A DNA stretch of 64,000 bases from an uncultured delta proteobacterium (GTDB lineage Bacteria > Myxococcota_A > Polyangia > Fen-1088): NCBI GenBank assembly GCA_963796685.1, contig CAWCMR010000015.1, positions 404,164 through 468,163 of the forward strand. Direction: 5' to 3'. Every line of letters starts with the position of its first letter. The first letter of the stretch is position 1. Position numbers and translations under genes: made by a program. Positions 9,722-18,745 of this stretch are shown here, piece by piece. The notes beneath the pieces are model-generated. The model saw nothing but the letters and a program-made list of their open reading frames with translations. It was not told the DNA's origin and did not search any database.

Positions 9722-10285
9722 CTACTGCGTCCCGGATTTTAGGCTCCGCCGTTCGACGTCGCGGCTCAGCGGTGGTAGCTGGACTGCTTTCCTGATCACG
9801 TCGCCAGCCTGGTAGATCTTGTCCCAATAGCCCGAAAGGTCCCTGCCCGTACTGCGAAGCTCTCTGACGGAGGCCGCCGCGTGTAGAGCCTCGCGGAAGG
9901 CGCTCCCGGCCTCTTCCGAGAGATAGAGACAGTGCTTGTCCCACCAGGTATCGCACCGCTGGATGAAAACGAACCCGTCATCTTTTGTGGCCTCGCTCGA
10001 GAGCTGCCGCCAAAGGAAATACGCCGTCTGGTGCGCCTGAAGGCGCCTGTCCAGCGCGGCCATGCTGAGCTGGTGACGTCTCTGCACAGCCTCTCGGATC
10101 AAGGTCTTCTCGTGTATCAGCGTGTGGAGATTTTCAGCGTACTCTGCGCGAACCTCCTCGACCTTGCGGGTGATCTCGGCGGTGTCCTCCTTGGTCGCGA
10201 GATTCTCGCCCTTCTTCCTGAGATACGACCTGAAGTAGAGAGCGGCGAGAACAACAACGATCGTCAAGATGTAGTTGGCTACCAT
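9722..10285 (-). CDS. hypothetical membrane-anchored helical protein (element cargo)
   Basis: N-terminal TM followed by YLRKKGENLATKEDTAEITRKVEEVR, a motif type I recognise from prophage/island accessory proteins. Confidence 0.7.
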   Translation of the reverse strand: MVANYILTIVVVLAALYFRSYLRKKGENLATKEDTAEITRKVEEVRAEYAENLHTLIHEKTLIREAVQRRHQLSMAALDRRLQAHQTAYFLWRQLSSEATKDDGFVFIQRCDTWWDKHCLYLSEEAGSAFREALHAAASVRELRSTGRDLSGYWDKIYQAGDVIRKAVQLPPLSRDVERRSLKSGTQ

Positions 10286-10439
10286 TGCGAAAGATTCTCT
10301 CCCCGGCCGACAAGACCGTCAAACGCGGCGCGAACCGCAATAGGCTCGCGCCCGAGGCCGGGGCGCGAGAGCTTGGCTGTTCTGGCTCTGGCACTCCGCG
10401 GGGTGCGCGAACGGGGGCCCGCAGGCCCGAAAGCGGCAT

Positions 10440-11021
10440 CTAGGCGCAGTCGCGCATCTCGCCTCTCTGAAGCATGGTTTTCTTCATCGCGGCCAGGTTG
10501 GGGAGCGCGAGCCCCTGCGGCCGTTTCGTGGGAGGCTGGTGTCTCACTGCTTTGAAGACGGTTCCGAGTATCTCGCGCATCTGGTCTGGTTTGATGAGAT
10601 CCGCCTCTACCAGCGAGCCCAGCGCGAACCCTCGGAGCATGTAATCGTACTCGGGTGAAATGTCTCGATCCCCTCGCTCCCAATCGGCCAGCGTCACGCG
10701 GTTTATTCCCATGTTGTGCGCTAGCTCTTCTTGGGTGGCATGCAGGCTGCGCCGGAGGTAACGCACTTCCGCACCGCCCAGGCGCCTCGGCTGCTTGGCG
10801 ACCTGCGTGATCGTGTAGTTCATGACCATGTTCAGCACAGCGCCGTCGATCGTTTCGCCTCCACACTTGGTGCACTTGAAGCCGTCGATGTCGCTGACCG
10901 TGACCTTCAGGCCGACGTAGTCCGAGAAATCGTAGACATCGAAATGCGCAGGGCGAAGCTCGCCCCCACAGTCGCAGATGATGACTCGGCTCGTTGCAGG
11001 CTTCTGTGGCTCGTTTTTCAT
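10440..11021 (-). CDS. MqsA/HigA-like antitoxin (Zn ribbon + XRE HTH) with C-terminal extension
   Basis: CDCGG...CTKCGG zinc ribbon; EVRYLRRSLHATQEELAHNMGINRVTLADWERG HTH; ATGA overlap with upstream toxin. Confidence 0.85.
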   Translation of the reverse strand: MKNEPQKPATSRVIICDCGGELRPAHFDVYDFSDYVGLKVTVSDIDGFKCTKCGGETIDGAVLNMVMNYTITQVAKQPRRLGGAEVRYLRRSLHATQEELAHNMGINRVTLADWERGDRDISPEYDYMLRGFALGSLVEADLIKPDQMREILGTVFKAVRHQPPTKRPQGLALPNLAAMKKTMLQRGEMRDCA

Positions 11022-11344
11022 GGCATGTCCTTCGGTGGTAGCACCGTGCAAAGCATGAGTCTCTCTTCGCCTTCGGCGCCCTCAAAAGCTTCGATGCCGA
11101 CGGCGATCTCTTTGTCTCCGTCGACGTTCCGCCCAAAGAAACGCCAACAGGTGCCACCGTTCTGCGGCATCGCGGCGTATGGCTCGACCCTCCGTGACCT
11201 GCCGATGACCGCGTCGACGTCGTTCGCTGTCACGCCACGCTCGCGCAACCGCTGTCTGAAGTGGCCAGACATGTGGTACCGCCCATTTTCGATCGCTTCA
11301 CGAACCCATCTCTTTGCATCAGCCACCTTCTCTGGGCCTGGCAT
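11018..11344 (-). CDS. DUF4258 / RelE-fold toxin-like protein
   Basis: YHMSGHFRQRLRERGVTANDV...WRFFGRNVDG..IAVGI...LCTV pattern; toxin-first order. Confidence 0.8.
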   Translation of the reverse strand: MPGPEKVADAKRWVREAIENGRYHMSGHFRQRLRERGVTANDVDAVIGRSRRVEPYAAMPQNGGTCWRFFGRNVDGDKEIAVGIEAFEGAEGEERLMLCTVLPPKDMP

Positions 11345-11347
11345 TGT

Positions 11348-11386
11348 TTGTAGTTTAAGACTACAACAATCCCCTCGCACCGTCAA
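11348..11386 (-). promoter_or_regulatory. sigma70-type promoter and palindromic operator of the TA operon
   Basis: TTGACG (11386-11381)-N17-TAGTCT (11363-11358); inverted repeat TTGTAGT-N5-ACTACAA (11348-11366) overlaps the -10 box and start region. Confidence 0.8.
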
Positions 11387-11622
11387 ACCTCGGTCTCGTA
11401 GGCCGGATCTCTACCCGCCCATTCTCCGACGGAGAACACCACGCGCCCCGCAAGCAGAGCCGCCAAGGCGCCGCCAAGGTACCGTCGACAACGCGCTTGA
11501 CTCCGCCCCCTCTGGCCGCATCATGAAATCAGGGCAAGCGAGTCGGTTGATCCCCGGCGCGCGGGCCGTCCGGTGTCCGGCGGCCCTGCCCCAGCTTCTC
11601 CCAGGACACGGCCAAGGACACC

Positions 11623-12330
11623 ATGCGAGCGGAAAAGACGCAGGCAAAGCCAGCGGGCGCAGGCGAGACGATGGGACGACCTCGCACGAGGCGAGATGCC
11701 ACCCAAGGCCGGAAGCCATGGCCACGCGGCGGGAAGTGGACCAGCGCGGACCTCACAGCGGCGTGCTGTCAGTTGCTGGAAGATTCCCTGCGCGTTTGCT
11801 TCGCCGACATTGAAGCCACGGCCTTGGAGCGGTTGCAGACGTGGGATCAAGAGGGGCGGCAGTCTACGGCCGTGCGCGATTGCGCGCGCGAGATTGAAGC
11901 CGCCCTGTCGAGGGCCGAGGGGCTGGTCGAAAAGCATCCACATTGCCCCCTGGCCCCCATCGTGCAAGCGTTCGCGGGCACACGCAAGGCCACGAAAACC
12001 GAGCTTGACCGACTTGCTTGGAGGCCCCAACGTGAACGCGCAAAGCCTCTTACTCGGGCCGTGGAAGCCCTCGACCGAACGCACTTCTTGGGAGTCGTGG
12101 ATCGCCCGGCAACCGACCAAGAGTTTGCAGCGCTCCTCTTTTGCCTTGGCATGCTGAGTGCCGAGCAGGCGCAACTGAAAAGCCCAATGCGAGCCGTGCT
12201 CAAGCAAGCCACCGACGCCATTGCCAAGAGCCGCCGAGAGAACGGCCGCCCGGCGATCATCGATCGGTGGCGAGCGAACCGCCCTGCTTTGCCGGCCCAC
12301 GCTCGTGTTCTGAAGCGCCGGTATCTGTAG
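11623..12330 (+). CDS. hypothetical protein (element)
   Basis: 235-aa ORF with AAGGA RBS, divergent from the TA operon; no recognised motif. Confidence 0.6.
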   Translation: MRAEKTQAKPAGAGETMGRPRTRRDATQGRKPWPRGGKWTSADLTAACCQLLEDSLRVCFADIEATALERLQTWDQEGRQSTAVRDCAREIEAALSRAEGLVEKHPHCPLAPIVQAFAGTRKATKTELDRLAWRPQRERAKPLTRAVEALDRTHFLGVVDRPATDQEFAALLFCLGMLSAEQAQLKSPMRAVLKQATDAIAKSRRENGRPAIIDRWRANRPALPAHARVLKRRYL

Positions 12331-12412
12331 CAGGGGCGAGACCGCGCGATTAGGGTACCTGCCTAACCGCGCCTTTCTCGTGGTGCCGCGCCGTCGCAAT
12401 GTAGACGGCGAC

Positions 12413-12625
12413 ATGCAGACATCATCCGTCACCCTCGACACCAGCGAGATCCAGGCGATACAGCGCCTGCGCGCCACGGTCGGCATGCGCGAGACCGCCC
12501 GCCGGCTAGGTATCGGCCATGACACGGCCTATCGGGCCGTCGCTGGCCGGAATCTATACAGGGGTACAGTCACGCAGATCCGGCTGGGCCTCGCGCTCGT
12601 CAGCGACCAGGAGCCACGATCGTGA
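12413..12625 (+). CDS. small Cro-like HTH protein
   Basis: GMRETARRLGIGHDTAYRAVAG HTH; first gene of a coupled run. Confidence 0.7.
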   Translation: MQTSSVTLDTSEIQAIQRLRATVGMRETARRLGIGHDTAYRAVAGRNLYRGTVTQIRLGLALVSDQEPRS

Positions 12626-12912
12626 CCGCCGCCGACCTTGCCACCGCGCGTGACGTCGCCGCCGTGCTGGCCGAAATTCGCGAGTTGCGCGCCGAACTGG
12701 CCGAGCTGCGCCGGTCGCAGCCGCCGAGGCTGGTCTCGGTGGCCGTCGCTTCGGCCCAGCTGGGCATTAGCCCGTGCAGCGTGCGTCGCCACGTCGCCGA
12801 CGGCACACTGCCCTCGCGCCGCATCGGCGGGCGCGTGTTGGTGGATTTGTCCGCGGCCCAACCAGCGGCCGACGCCGAGATCGCGCAACGAGCGAGGGAG
12901 GCGAGAGCATGA
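12622..12912 (+). CDS. excisionase-like (HTH_17/AlpA-type) DNA-binding protein
   Basis: LVSVAVASAQLGISPCSVRRHVADGTLPSRRIGGRVLV winged HTH; GTGA overlap. Confidence 0.8.
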   Translation: MTAADLATARDVAAVLAEIRELRAELAELRRSQPPRLVSVAVASAQLGISPCSVRRHVADGTLPSRRIGGRVLVDLSAAQPAADAEIAQRAREARA

Positions 12913-13015
12913 CCCGCCCGACTAGACAGACCGACGCGCTACGCACCAACTCCCGTCGAGGAACTGGCGACGCCGCGACTACCCGGACGTCGCAGCGCCG
13001 CCAAGGTGCGCAGCC

Positions 13016-15454
13016 ATGACGACGGTAGCCCGCACCCGCGATCCCGAAGCCGACGCGCGAGAGGCCGCCACCAAGGCGCGAGCGCTGCTCGGCGCGAGCC
13101 GATCGGCGAGCCCCGATGATCCCTACATCACGCGCAAGCAGATCGCTCCTGATGGACTGCTCGAGATCGATCTCGCAGTTGCTGTGCGGATCATCGGCTA
13201 CGCGCCCAAGGGCGGCAAGCATCACAAAACACTAGCCGGCCCCTCAATCATCGTCGCGCCCATCCTGGTCGACGCGAACATATCGACCGTCGAGTTCATC
13301 GACGCCGCAGGCACGAAGTCGTTCCTCGCTGGCGGCACCATGGCGGCGGGTTTCTGGGCGCCTCGCCCCCTGCCCGACTGCGACTGGGCCGGAGACATGA
13401 CAATCCTAGTCGGTGAAGGCTGCGCGACGGTCGCATCGGCCGCGATGGCCTGCCCGAACAGCTACGCCGTTGCGGCCATGAGCGCCGGTAACTTGCTCGC
13501 TGTCGGCAAGATGTTGCGCGAGCGATATCCTGACGCCCGAATCGTGTACCTCGGAGATGTCGGCATCGGCGCGCACAAGTGCATGGAGGCCGCGCGCGCG
13601 ACCGGCGGGTTTGTTGCAGTACCACCGATCGACGAGGACGGCGCGGATTGGAATGATGTGCACGTCCGCGCTGGTCTGCTTGCCGTGGCCGCGGGTATGG
13701 ATACCGCCCAGCAGCCGGCGGCGGAACCAGTCGAGGCGGAGGTGGTCGCCCCCGGCGCGGCTCGCACCGCTCGCTGCTACGCCCTGACCGAGACGGGCGG
13801 CGCAGAACTTCTGGCCGACAGGCTGGCCGGCGATTGGCGATACTGCCAGGACCGTGGCCAGTGGGTGCGGTGGACGGGGCAGGTTTGGACCTTCGACCCT
13901 GGCGACGTGGCGATCACTGAGCGGAGTAAGCTGGTGGCACAGGAGTTTCTTGCCGAGGCCCAATGGGCACTGAAAGCTGACGATGCGCGCGCGAAGGTCT
14001 TCGCCCAATTCGCAGCGACGGCACAGCGGCGGCAGTTCCGGCGGGCCGTGATCGACTTGGCCAAGTCCGAACCAGGGATCTTGATTCCGTTCTCGGAATT
14101 CGACTGCGACGCCTACTTGCTCAACGCTGCGAATGGAACTGTCGATCTTCACACCGGGAAACTGCGGCCCCACTCGCGAGAGGACAAGATCACGCGCATC
14201 CTGCCTTGGTCCTACGACCCGGACGCGACTTGCCCGCGCTGGGAAAGGTTCCTGGGCGAGATCCTGCCAGATGCAGAAACCGTCGAGTTTGTCCGGCGGG
14301 CGATTGGGTACACCCTGACGGCCGACGTGAGCGAGCACGTTCTCTTCTCGTGTTTCGGCGCGGGAGCAAACGGCAAAAGCGTCCTGCTCAACACGCTGTT
14401 GCACGTTTTCGGCCCATACGGCACGACCGCCCCCACGTCGATGCTGGTAGCGAAGCAACACGAGTCTCACCCCACCGAAAAGATGGTGCTCGTCGGCAAG
14501 CGGTTGGTTGTCTTCCAGGAAATCCCATCCGGCCAGCGCTTGAACGAAGGCTTGACGAAGGCCCTAGTGAGCGGAGATCCGGACCAGGCCCGCGCCATGC
14601 GCGAAAACTTCACAACGATCCGTCCCGTCGGAAAGCTGTGGCTCGCTGGCAACCATCGCCTGGACATCCGCGAACAGACGGAAGCGATCTGGCGGCGCTA
14701 TCGGGAAATCCCATTCGAGCAAGTGTTCTCGCAGGAGCAACGCGATCCCAAGCTCGAAACGAAGCTGCGCGAAGAAGCCACCGGCGCGCTCGCGTGGTGT
14801 GTCCGGGGGTGCCTCGAATGGCAGCGCGCCGGCTTGGGTAAGTCGGGCAAGGTGCAGGCGGCGACCGCTGACTTGCGCGCAGAAATGGATCGCCTCGGCC
14901 CGTTCCTTGAGGAGTGCTGCATCGTCTCGCCGTCCGCCACGGTCCCGCGGGCGGCACTCTTTCAAGCGTATCGATTGTGGGCCGAACGGCAAGGTTCGCA
15001 CGGAATCTCTGACAAGGCGTTCACCGAGCTGGTGCGCGGAAGAGGATTCACGCCAGCCTACGGCCGTGTCAACGGAAAGACGGCCCGCGTTTGGCATGGC
15101 CTCGGACTGATCGATGGCGTTCCACCCTCGCCACACCTGCCACAGATTCCGAAAGAATCTCCCTATTGCGGCCAGAATCAATCTCTACGTGAGGGATATA
15201 GGGAAGAAGTATCGGAAAGCGTGGCAAGCGTGGCGCCCGACCCACTGGCCCAACTTGCCCACTGCCTCCGGGTGAGACCCGACACCACGGCCACGGATCC
15301 CGACCGTGAGGCCCTGGCCGAGCACTTCCGCGGCCTGAACGGTACGGCAGAGGCTGCGGGACAACGTCTTTGGGCGTACTGGAAGGCGGCGCCCTCCCCG
15401 ACCGTGAGCGAATTCCTGGCCAAGGAACCGAAAGCAAAATGCGGTGCAGCGTGA
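13016..15454 (+). CDS. P4-family primase-helicase (TOPRIM + D5_N + SF3 helicase)
   Basis: LVGEGCAT...GNL...GD...DWND TOPRIM; LLNAANGTVDL D5_N; Walker A GAGANGKS; AIWRR arginine finger; C-terminal wHTH. Confidence 0.93.
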   Translation: MTTVARTRDPEADAREAATKARALLGASRSASPDDPYITRKQIAPDGLLEIDLAVAVRIIGYAPKGGKHHKTLAGPSIIVAPILVDANISTVEFIDAAGTKSFLAGGTMAAGFWAPRPLPDCDWAGDMTILVGEGCATVASAAMACPNSYAVAAMSAGNLLAVGKMLRERYPDARIVYLGDVGIGAHKCMEAARATGGFVAVPPIDEDGADWNDVHVRAGLLAVAAGMDTAQQPAAEPVEAEVVAPGAARTARCYALTETGGAELLADRLAGDWRYCQDRGQWVRWTGQVWTFDPGDVAITERSKLVAQEFLAEAQWALKADDARAKVFAQFAATAQRRQFRRAVIDLAKSEPGILIPFSEFDCDAYLLNAANGTVDLHTGKLRPHSREDKITRILPWSYDPDATCPRWERFLGEILPDAETVEFVRRAIGYTLTADVSEHVLFSCFGAGANGKSVLLNTLLHVFGPYGTTAPTSMLVAKQHESHPTEKMVLVGKRLVVFQEIPSGQRLNEGLTKALVSGDPDQARAMRENFTTIRPVGKLWLAGNHRLDIREQTEAIWRRYREIPFEQVFSQEQRDPKLETKLREEATGALAWCVRGCLEWQRAGLGKSGKVQAATADLRAEMDRLGPFLEECCIVSPSATVPRAALFQAYRLWAERQGSHGISDKAFTELVRGRGFTPAYGRVNGKTARVWHGLGLIDGVPPSPHLPQIPKESPYCGQNQSLREGYREEVSESVASVAPDPLAQLAHCLRVRPDTTATDPDREALAEHFRGLNGTAEAAGQRLWAYWKAAPSPTVSEFLAKEPKAKCGAA
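15121..15234. other. putative replication origin inside the primase 3' end
   Basis: 9-bp-spaced GCCAC iterons facing GTGGC iterons, with symmetric inner inverted repeats around a more AT-rich core. Confidence 0.6.
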
Positions 15455-15746
15455 CCGGGTTGTCAATCTGTCACACGCCGGAGTCTGGCGGCGCTTCGGT
15501 GTCAGGCCGGCGGTGCCAACCCTCGCTCACCGACGGTGCGAGCCCCGAAAGAGCATTGAACAGTGGATCCGACCACCACACAGATTTTCGATTTCGCAAC
15601 GCGGACGAGGGCTTGGCGGTAGCACCAACCCGTCGCGCGTTTTTGCATGGCGCCCCATCGACGAGAAGGGCTTCGTCTCCCTCGTGCTCGCGGTGGTCGC
15701 TCGGAGCCGCGTTGCGAACTTTTTCTCCCGAACGAAAGGACCTGTG

Positions 15747-16022
15747 ATGCCTGAATCATGTTGCGGCCGGGACCATTGCGACGCGTGCGGCAGCACTTCG
15801 TTCACCTCGGCGACGTTCAAGGGCGGCCGGGTCATCTGTGCGGCCTGCTGGCGCGAAATTTCGCGGAGCAAGGGTGAGGTACCACGAAAGCCGCCGCCAG
15901 CGCTTCCCCCGGCCCAAGCCGCGCAGCCACGGGCTACGCACTCGAGCATCCCGGAACCAGAGCGGTGGGGCGACCACGTGCAAGCCGACCTCGGAGTGCT
16001 GGACAGGGGAACCAATGATTGA
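15747..16022 (+). CDS. small zinc-finger protein (element)
   Basis: CDAC...CAAC; AAAGGA RBS; overlaps the next start. Confidence 0.55.
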   Translation: MPESCCGRDHCDACGSTSFTSATFKGGRVICAACWREISRSKGEVPRKPPPALPPAQAAQPRATHSSIPEPERWGDHVQADLGVLDRGTND

Positions 16023-16473
16023 CGAGAAACCGCCCCTGACCGTGGTGCCCGACGTGGCCGAAAATGGCCCCGCCCCGGACTCCGAGGAAGAACAAGGGGA
16101 CGCGCTGGACTCGCGCGAACTTAGGTTCGCCGACCTTGTGGCGTCAGGTTCCACGCTGGGCGACGCGGCCACCGAGATCGGGATCGGTTACCGGACGGCT
16201 CGGCGATGGAAAAAGCGGCCCGCGATTGCCTCGGCGATCAAAGATCGAGCGAGCGAGCAAGTAGCCCTTGGCCGAGCGGTTCTCGCGGCGGGCATGGGCA
16301 GGGCATCGCACGCGCTGGTGCAGATGGCCGACGGCACGGCGCCTGCGTCGGCACCACGGGTTAGCGCCGCCCGCGCGGTGGTCGAGGTAACGGCGAAGCT
16401 GGTCGAGCTCGAAGGCGTGAACGAAAGACTCGCCGAGCTTGAATCCCGCCTTTTGCCGACGAGGAGAAACTGA
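16015..16473 (+). CDS. terminase small subunit-like HTH protein
   Basis: RFADLVASGSTLGDAATEIGIGYRTARRWKKRP HTH, followed by helical oligomerisation-like PRVSAARAVVE and a C-terminal coiled coil. Confidence 0.6.
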   Translation: MIDEKPPLTVVPDVAENGPAPDSEEEQGDALDSRELRFADLVASGSTLGDAATEIGIGYRTARRWKKRPAIASAIKDRASEQVALGRAVLAAGMGRASHALVQMADGTAPASAPRVSAARAVVEVTAKLVELEGVNERLAELESRLLPTRRN

Positions 16474-16474
16474 C

Positions 16475-16792
16475 ATGCCGAAATCAATTGGCGACCTGCT
16501 TTCCCGGCTGGCCCGACTCGAAGGCCGCTCCGCTGCGCAGTCCTCGACGGGCGGGATTCCACGAGGGAGCACCACGGACGAATTGAAGCGCATGCTCGCC
16601 GCCGAGTTGACCGCGGAGCCGGATTTGATCGGCGAGCTGGCCGAGTCGCTGGACGTTCGCGCGATTTGCACGCTGAGAATCTTCGCCCGCTCAATCGGCC
16701 TTGCGGAATTCCTGCCCGCGCCGTCGCCCGAGGTGGTCGCAGAATTGCGCAACACCTACGGCATTGTCGAACCGAGCGAGGCCGCGCAATGA
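16475..16792 (+). CDS. hypothetical protein (element)
   Basis: GAGGAG RBS; N-terminal LLSRLARLEG coiled-coil motif. Confidence 0.65.
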   Translation: MPKSIGDLLSRLARLEGRSAAQSSTGGIPRGSTTDELKRMLAAELTAEPDLIGELAESLDVRAICTLRIFARSIGLAEFLPAPSPEVVAELRNTYGIVEPSEAAQ

Positions 16793-17217
16793 ACCCGCAA
16801 ACCACAGCGCTCGAAAGCGATCTTCGCGGTGACACCGCCTTAGCGATCATGGCCATGCTCTCGTGGGCAGAGGCGCATGGTGGAACGAAGATGCTACTCG
16901 ACGGCTCCGTGTCGAGGTGGCTCACCAGCGGCAAACCCGACGATCCGTAGATTGCACGCTGCCTGGTGAAGCTGCACAGCCAGCTTGCCCGCTTTCTCGC
17001 CCGCGGTGGCCACGTGCCCCAGTGGTTCCCGGCGTCGCTACTCAAAGCCCTTGGCGAGCCGTGCTGCGCGCGCGACTTGGCGCCCTCTTCGGCTACCTTG
17101 TCCGATGCTCTTCCTGACCGATCACCGTCGGAGAACACGCCAAGCACGACCGGCCAGCGGCACCACAGCGCCCCCAAGATTGCCGAAACACGAACCGAAA
17201 CCGACAACCAGCAGTGA
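16789..17217 (+). pseudogene. hypothetical ORF interrupted by one in-frame TAG (16948-16950)
   Basis: ATGA-coupled start; the same frame stays open after TAG to TGA 17217. Confidence 0.5.
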
Positions 17218-17237
17218 CCCGAAAGGAAATCCCGCAC

Positions 17238-17654
17238 ATGAACCCATCGCACATGATCCAGACGCACGAGTCCCAAGCCGCCCTCAACAAGTCGTTCGAC
17301 AAGCTCCGAGAATTGGCCTTCATCGATTACACGAAGCTGGCCACCATCAACGACGCAATCGACGCCGAGATGCACAAGCTGAAACAGCAGTATGCGAACA
17401 CGGACACGCCCGAAGGCGCCGCACAAGTGAACCTTCGCCGCACAATCGCCAAAAACAGCGCGGGCGCTTTCTCGCAACTGCCCGATTCTGGTCTTGACGT
17501 CGTCGCGTTGAAAAGGGAGCGCGACCACCAGACGTGCGTCACCATCCCGAAGGATCAACTGATGATCTTGAGGATCCTGCATGGGCAGGATGAAGGGAAG
17601 ATTGCGCACGCGTACCGCGAGACGCAGCGACTCGTCAAAGAAGGCAAGCTGTGA
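17238..17654 (+). CDS. hypothetical protein (element)
   Basis: GAAAGGA RBS; coding-like codon usage; helical. Confidence 0.7.
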   Translation: MNPSHMIQTHESQAALNKSFDKLRELAFIDYTKLATINDAIDAEMHKLKQQYANTDTPEGAAQVNLRRTIAKNSAGAFSQLPDSGLDVVALKRERDHQTCVTIPKDQLMILRILHGQDEGKIAHAYRETQRLVKEGKL

Positions 17655-18274
17655 GCAAGACATTCGCGTTCCACCGCGCGCCCTTCAATGATTCAGAATT
17701 CAACGAGGGCATTGCAGAGCTGGCCAAGCTCATTGGCGCGACTGAGGCGGCCACGCCGAGCTGGACAAGACGCCTTGTGCTCGCTGCCGACAAGGCCAGC
17801 GATCCCGAGGAGTGGGCGCTCATGATCGACAACTGCGCGAAGCCCGATTCGATTCTGCCGGGCCTGGCGGTTTGGGTAAACACAGGTTTGCTGGTGGCGC
17901 TGCCGACGGCGTTTTCCCTCGCCGATGCCGTGGCCATCCTGACCGGCCACGACTCGGCCAACCCTGAGGCGATACTTCGCGAGCGTCGCGCGCAGATGAA
18001 GGAGCACGAGAATGAGGTAGCCGCCGAGCTGGCAGCGAAGACGGCGGAACAGGAGAAAGAGCGGGAGGCGGCCGAACAGGAGGCGCGGGACCGACTCACC
18101 TTCAACGCCAGCGGCTGGGAGGAATTGGAACCATGGCAACAGATGCTCTACGCGCTGTCGATGCGGGTGCAGGCGCGAGACGGCGAGTTTGCCAGCGACT
18201 TGCGCGACATCGCCGAAGAAAGCCAGCGGTGTCGCCCGGCGGCGCTGCCCTTCCCGCGGCAAAGGTGGCGGTGA
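17651..18274 (+). CDS. hypothetical coiled-coil protein (element)
   Basis: GTGA overlap with previous gene; acidic coiled coil. Confidence 0.7.
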   Translation: MSKTFAFHRAPFNDSEFNEGIAELAKLIGATEAATPSWTRRLVLAADKASDPEEWALMIDNCAKPDSILPGLAVWVNTGLLVALPTAFSLADAVAILTGHDSANPEAILRERRAQMKEHENEVAAELAAKTAEQEKEREAAEQEARDRLTFNASGWEELEPWQQMLYALSMRVQARDGEFASDLRDIAEESQRCRPAALPFPRQRWR

Positions 18275-18331
18275 CCAATGATGCGCAAGAGCAGCGCGTC
18301 CCTACCCGAACCGCAGCGAGCACACGCGCAC

Positions 18332-18745
18332 CTACCGTCCATCGTTGTTGTTCATCTTGGAAGCCATCGCGCGAACGTCACACGCGATGTCCACAAAAAG
18401 ATTGATCGCTTCCGCAACAGCCTTCAGTACCAGCCACTGGACCGCTGCGCCCACAAAGCAAGCGAGAGCCTTGTACAGCGCGATGGACATCGTTTGATCG
18501 GTGGAGTTAGCCAGAATGTTAACTCCAACCAGAACCAACACCACAAGGATGACCCAAGCTGCGATTCTATAGAATGTTGAGATGCTTTCCAACGCCGCAT
18601 ATCGCGGCCTTGCTTGCCCACCCATCGAATGCTCGCCGGGTCGGTCCACCGACTTCGGAACATACGCCCCTGTGGCGAAGGAGTACCCGCAGTCGCACGT
18701 CGTGGTTGAAGGCGGATTTTCGAGGTGGCATCTGGGGCATTGCAT
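18332..18745 (-). CDS. zinc-ribbon membrane protein (element accessory)
   Basis: CPRC...CDCG, two TM helices, AGGAGG RBS; lower GC than flanks. Confidence 0.75.
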   Translation of the reverse strand: MQCPRCHLENPPSTTTCDCGYSFATGAYVPKSVDRPGEHSMGGQARPRYAALESISTFYRIAAWVILVVLVLVGVNILANSTDQTMSIALYKALACFVGAAVQWLVLKAVAEAINLFVDIACDVRAMASKMNNNDGR

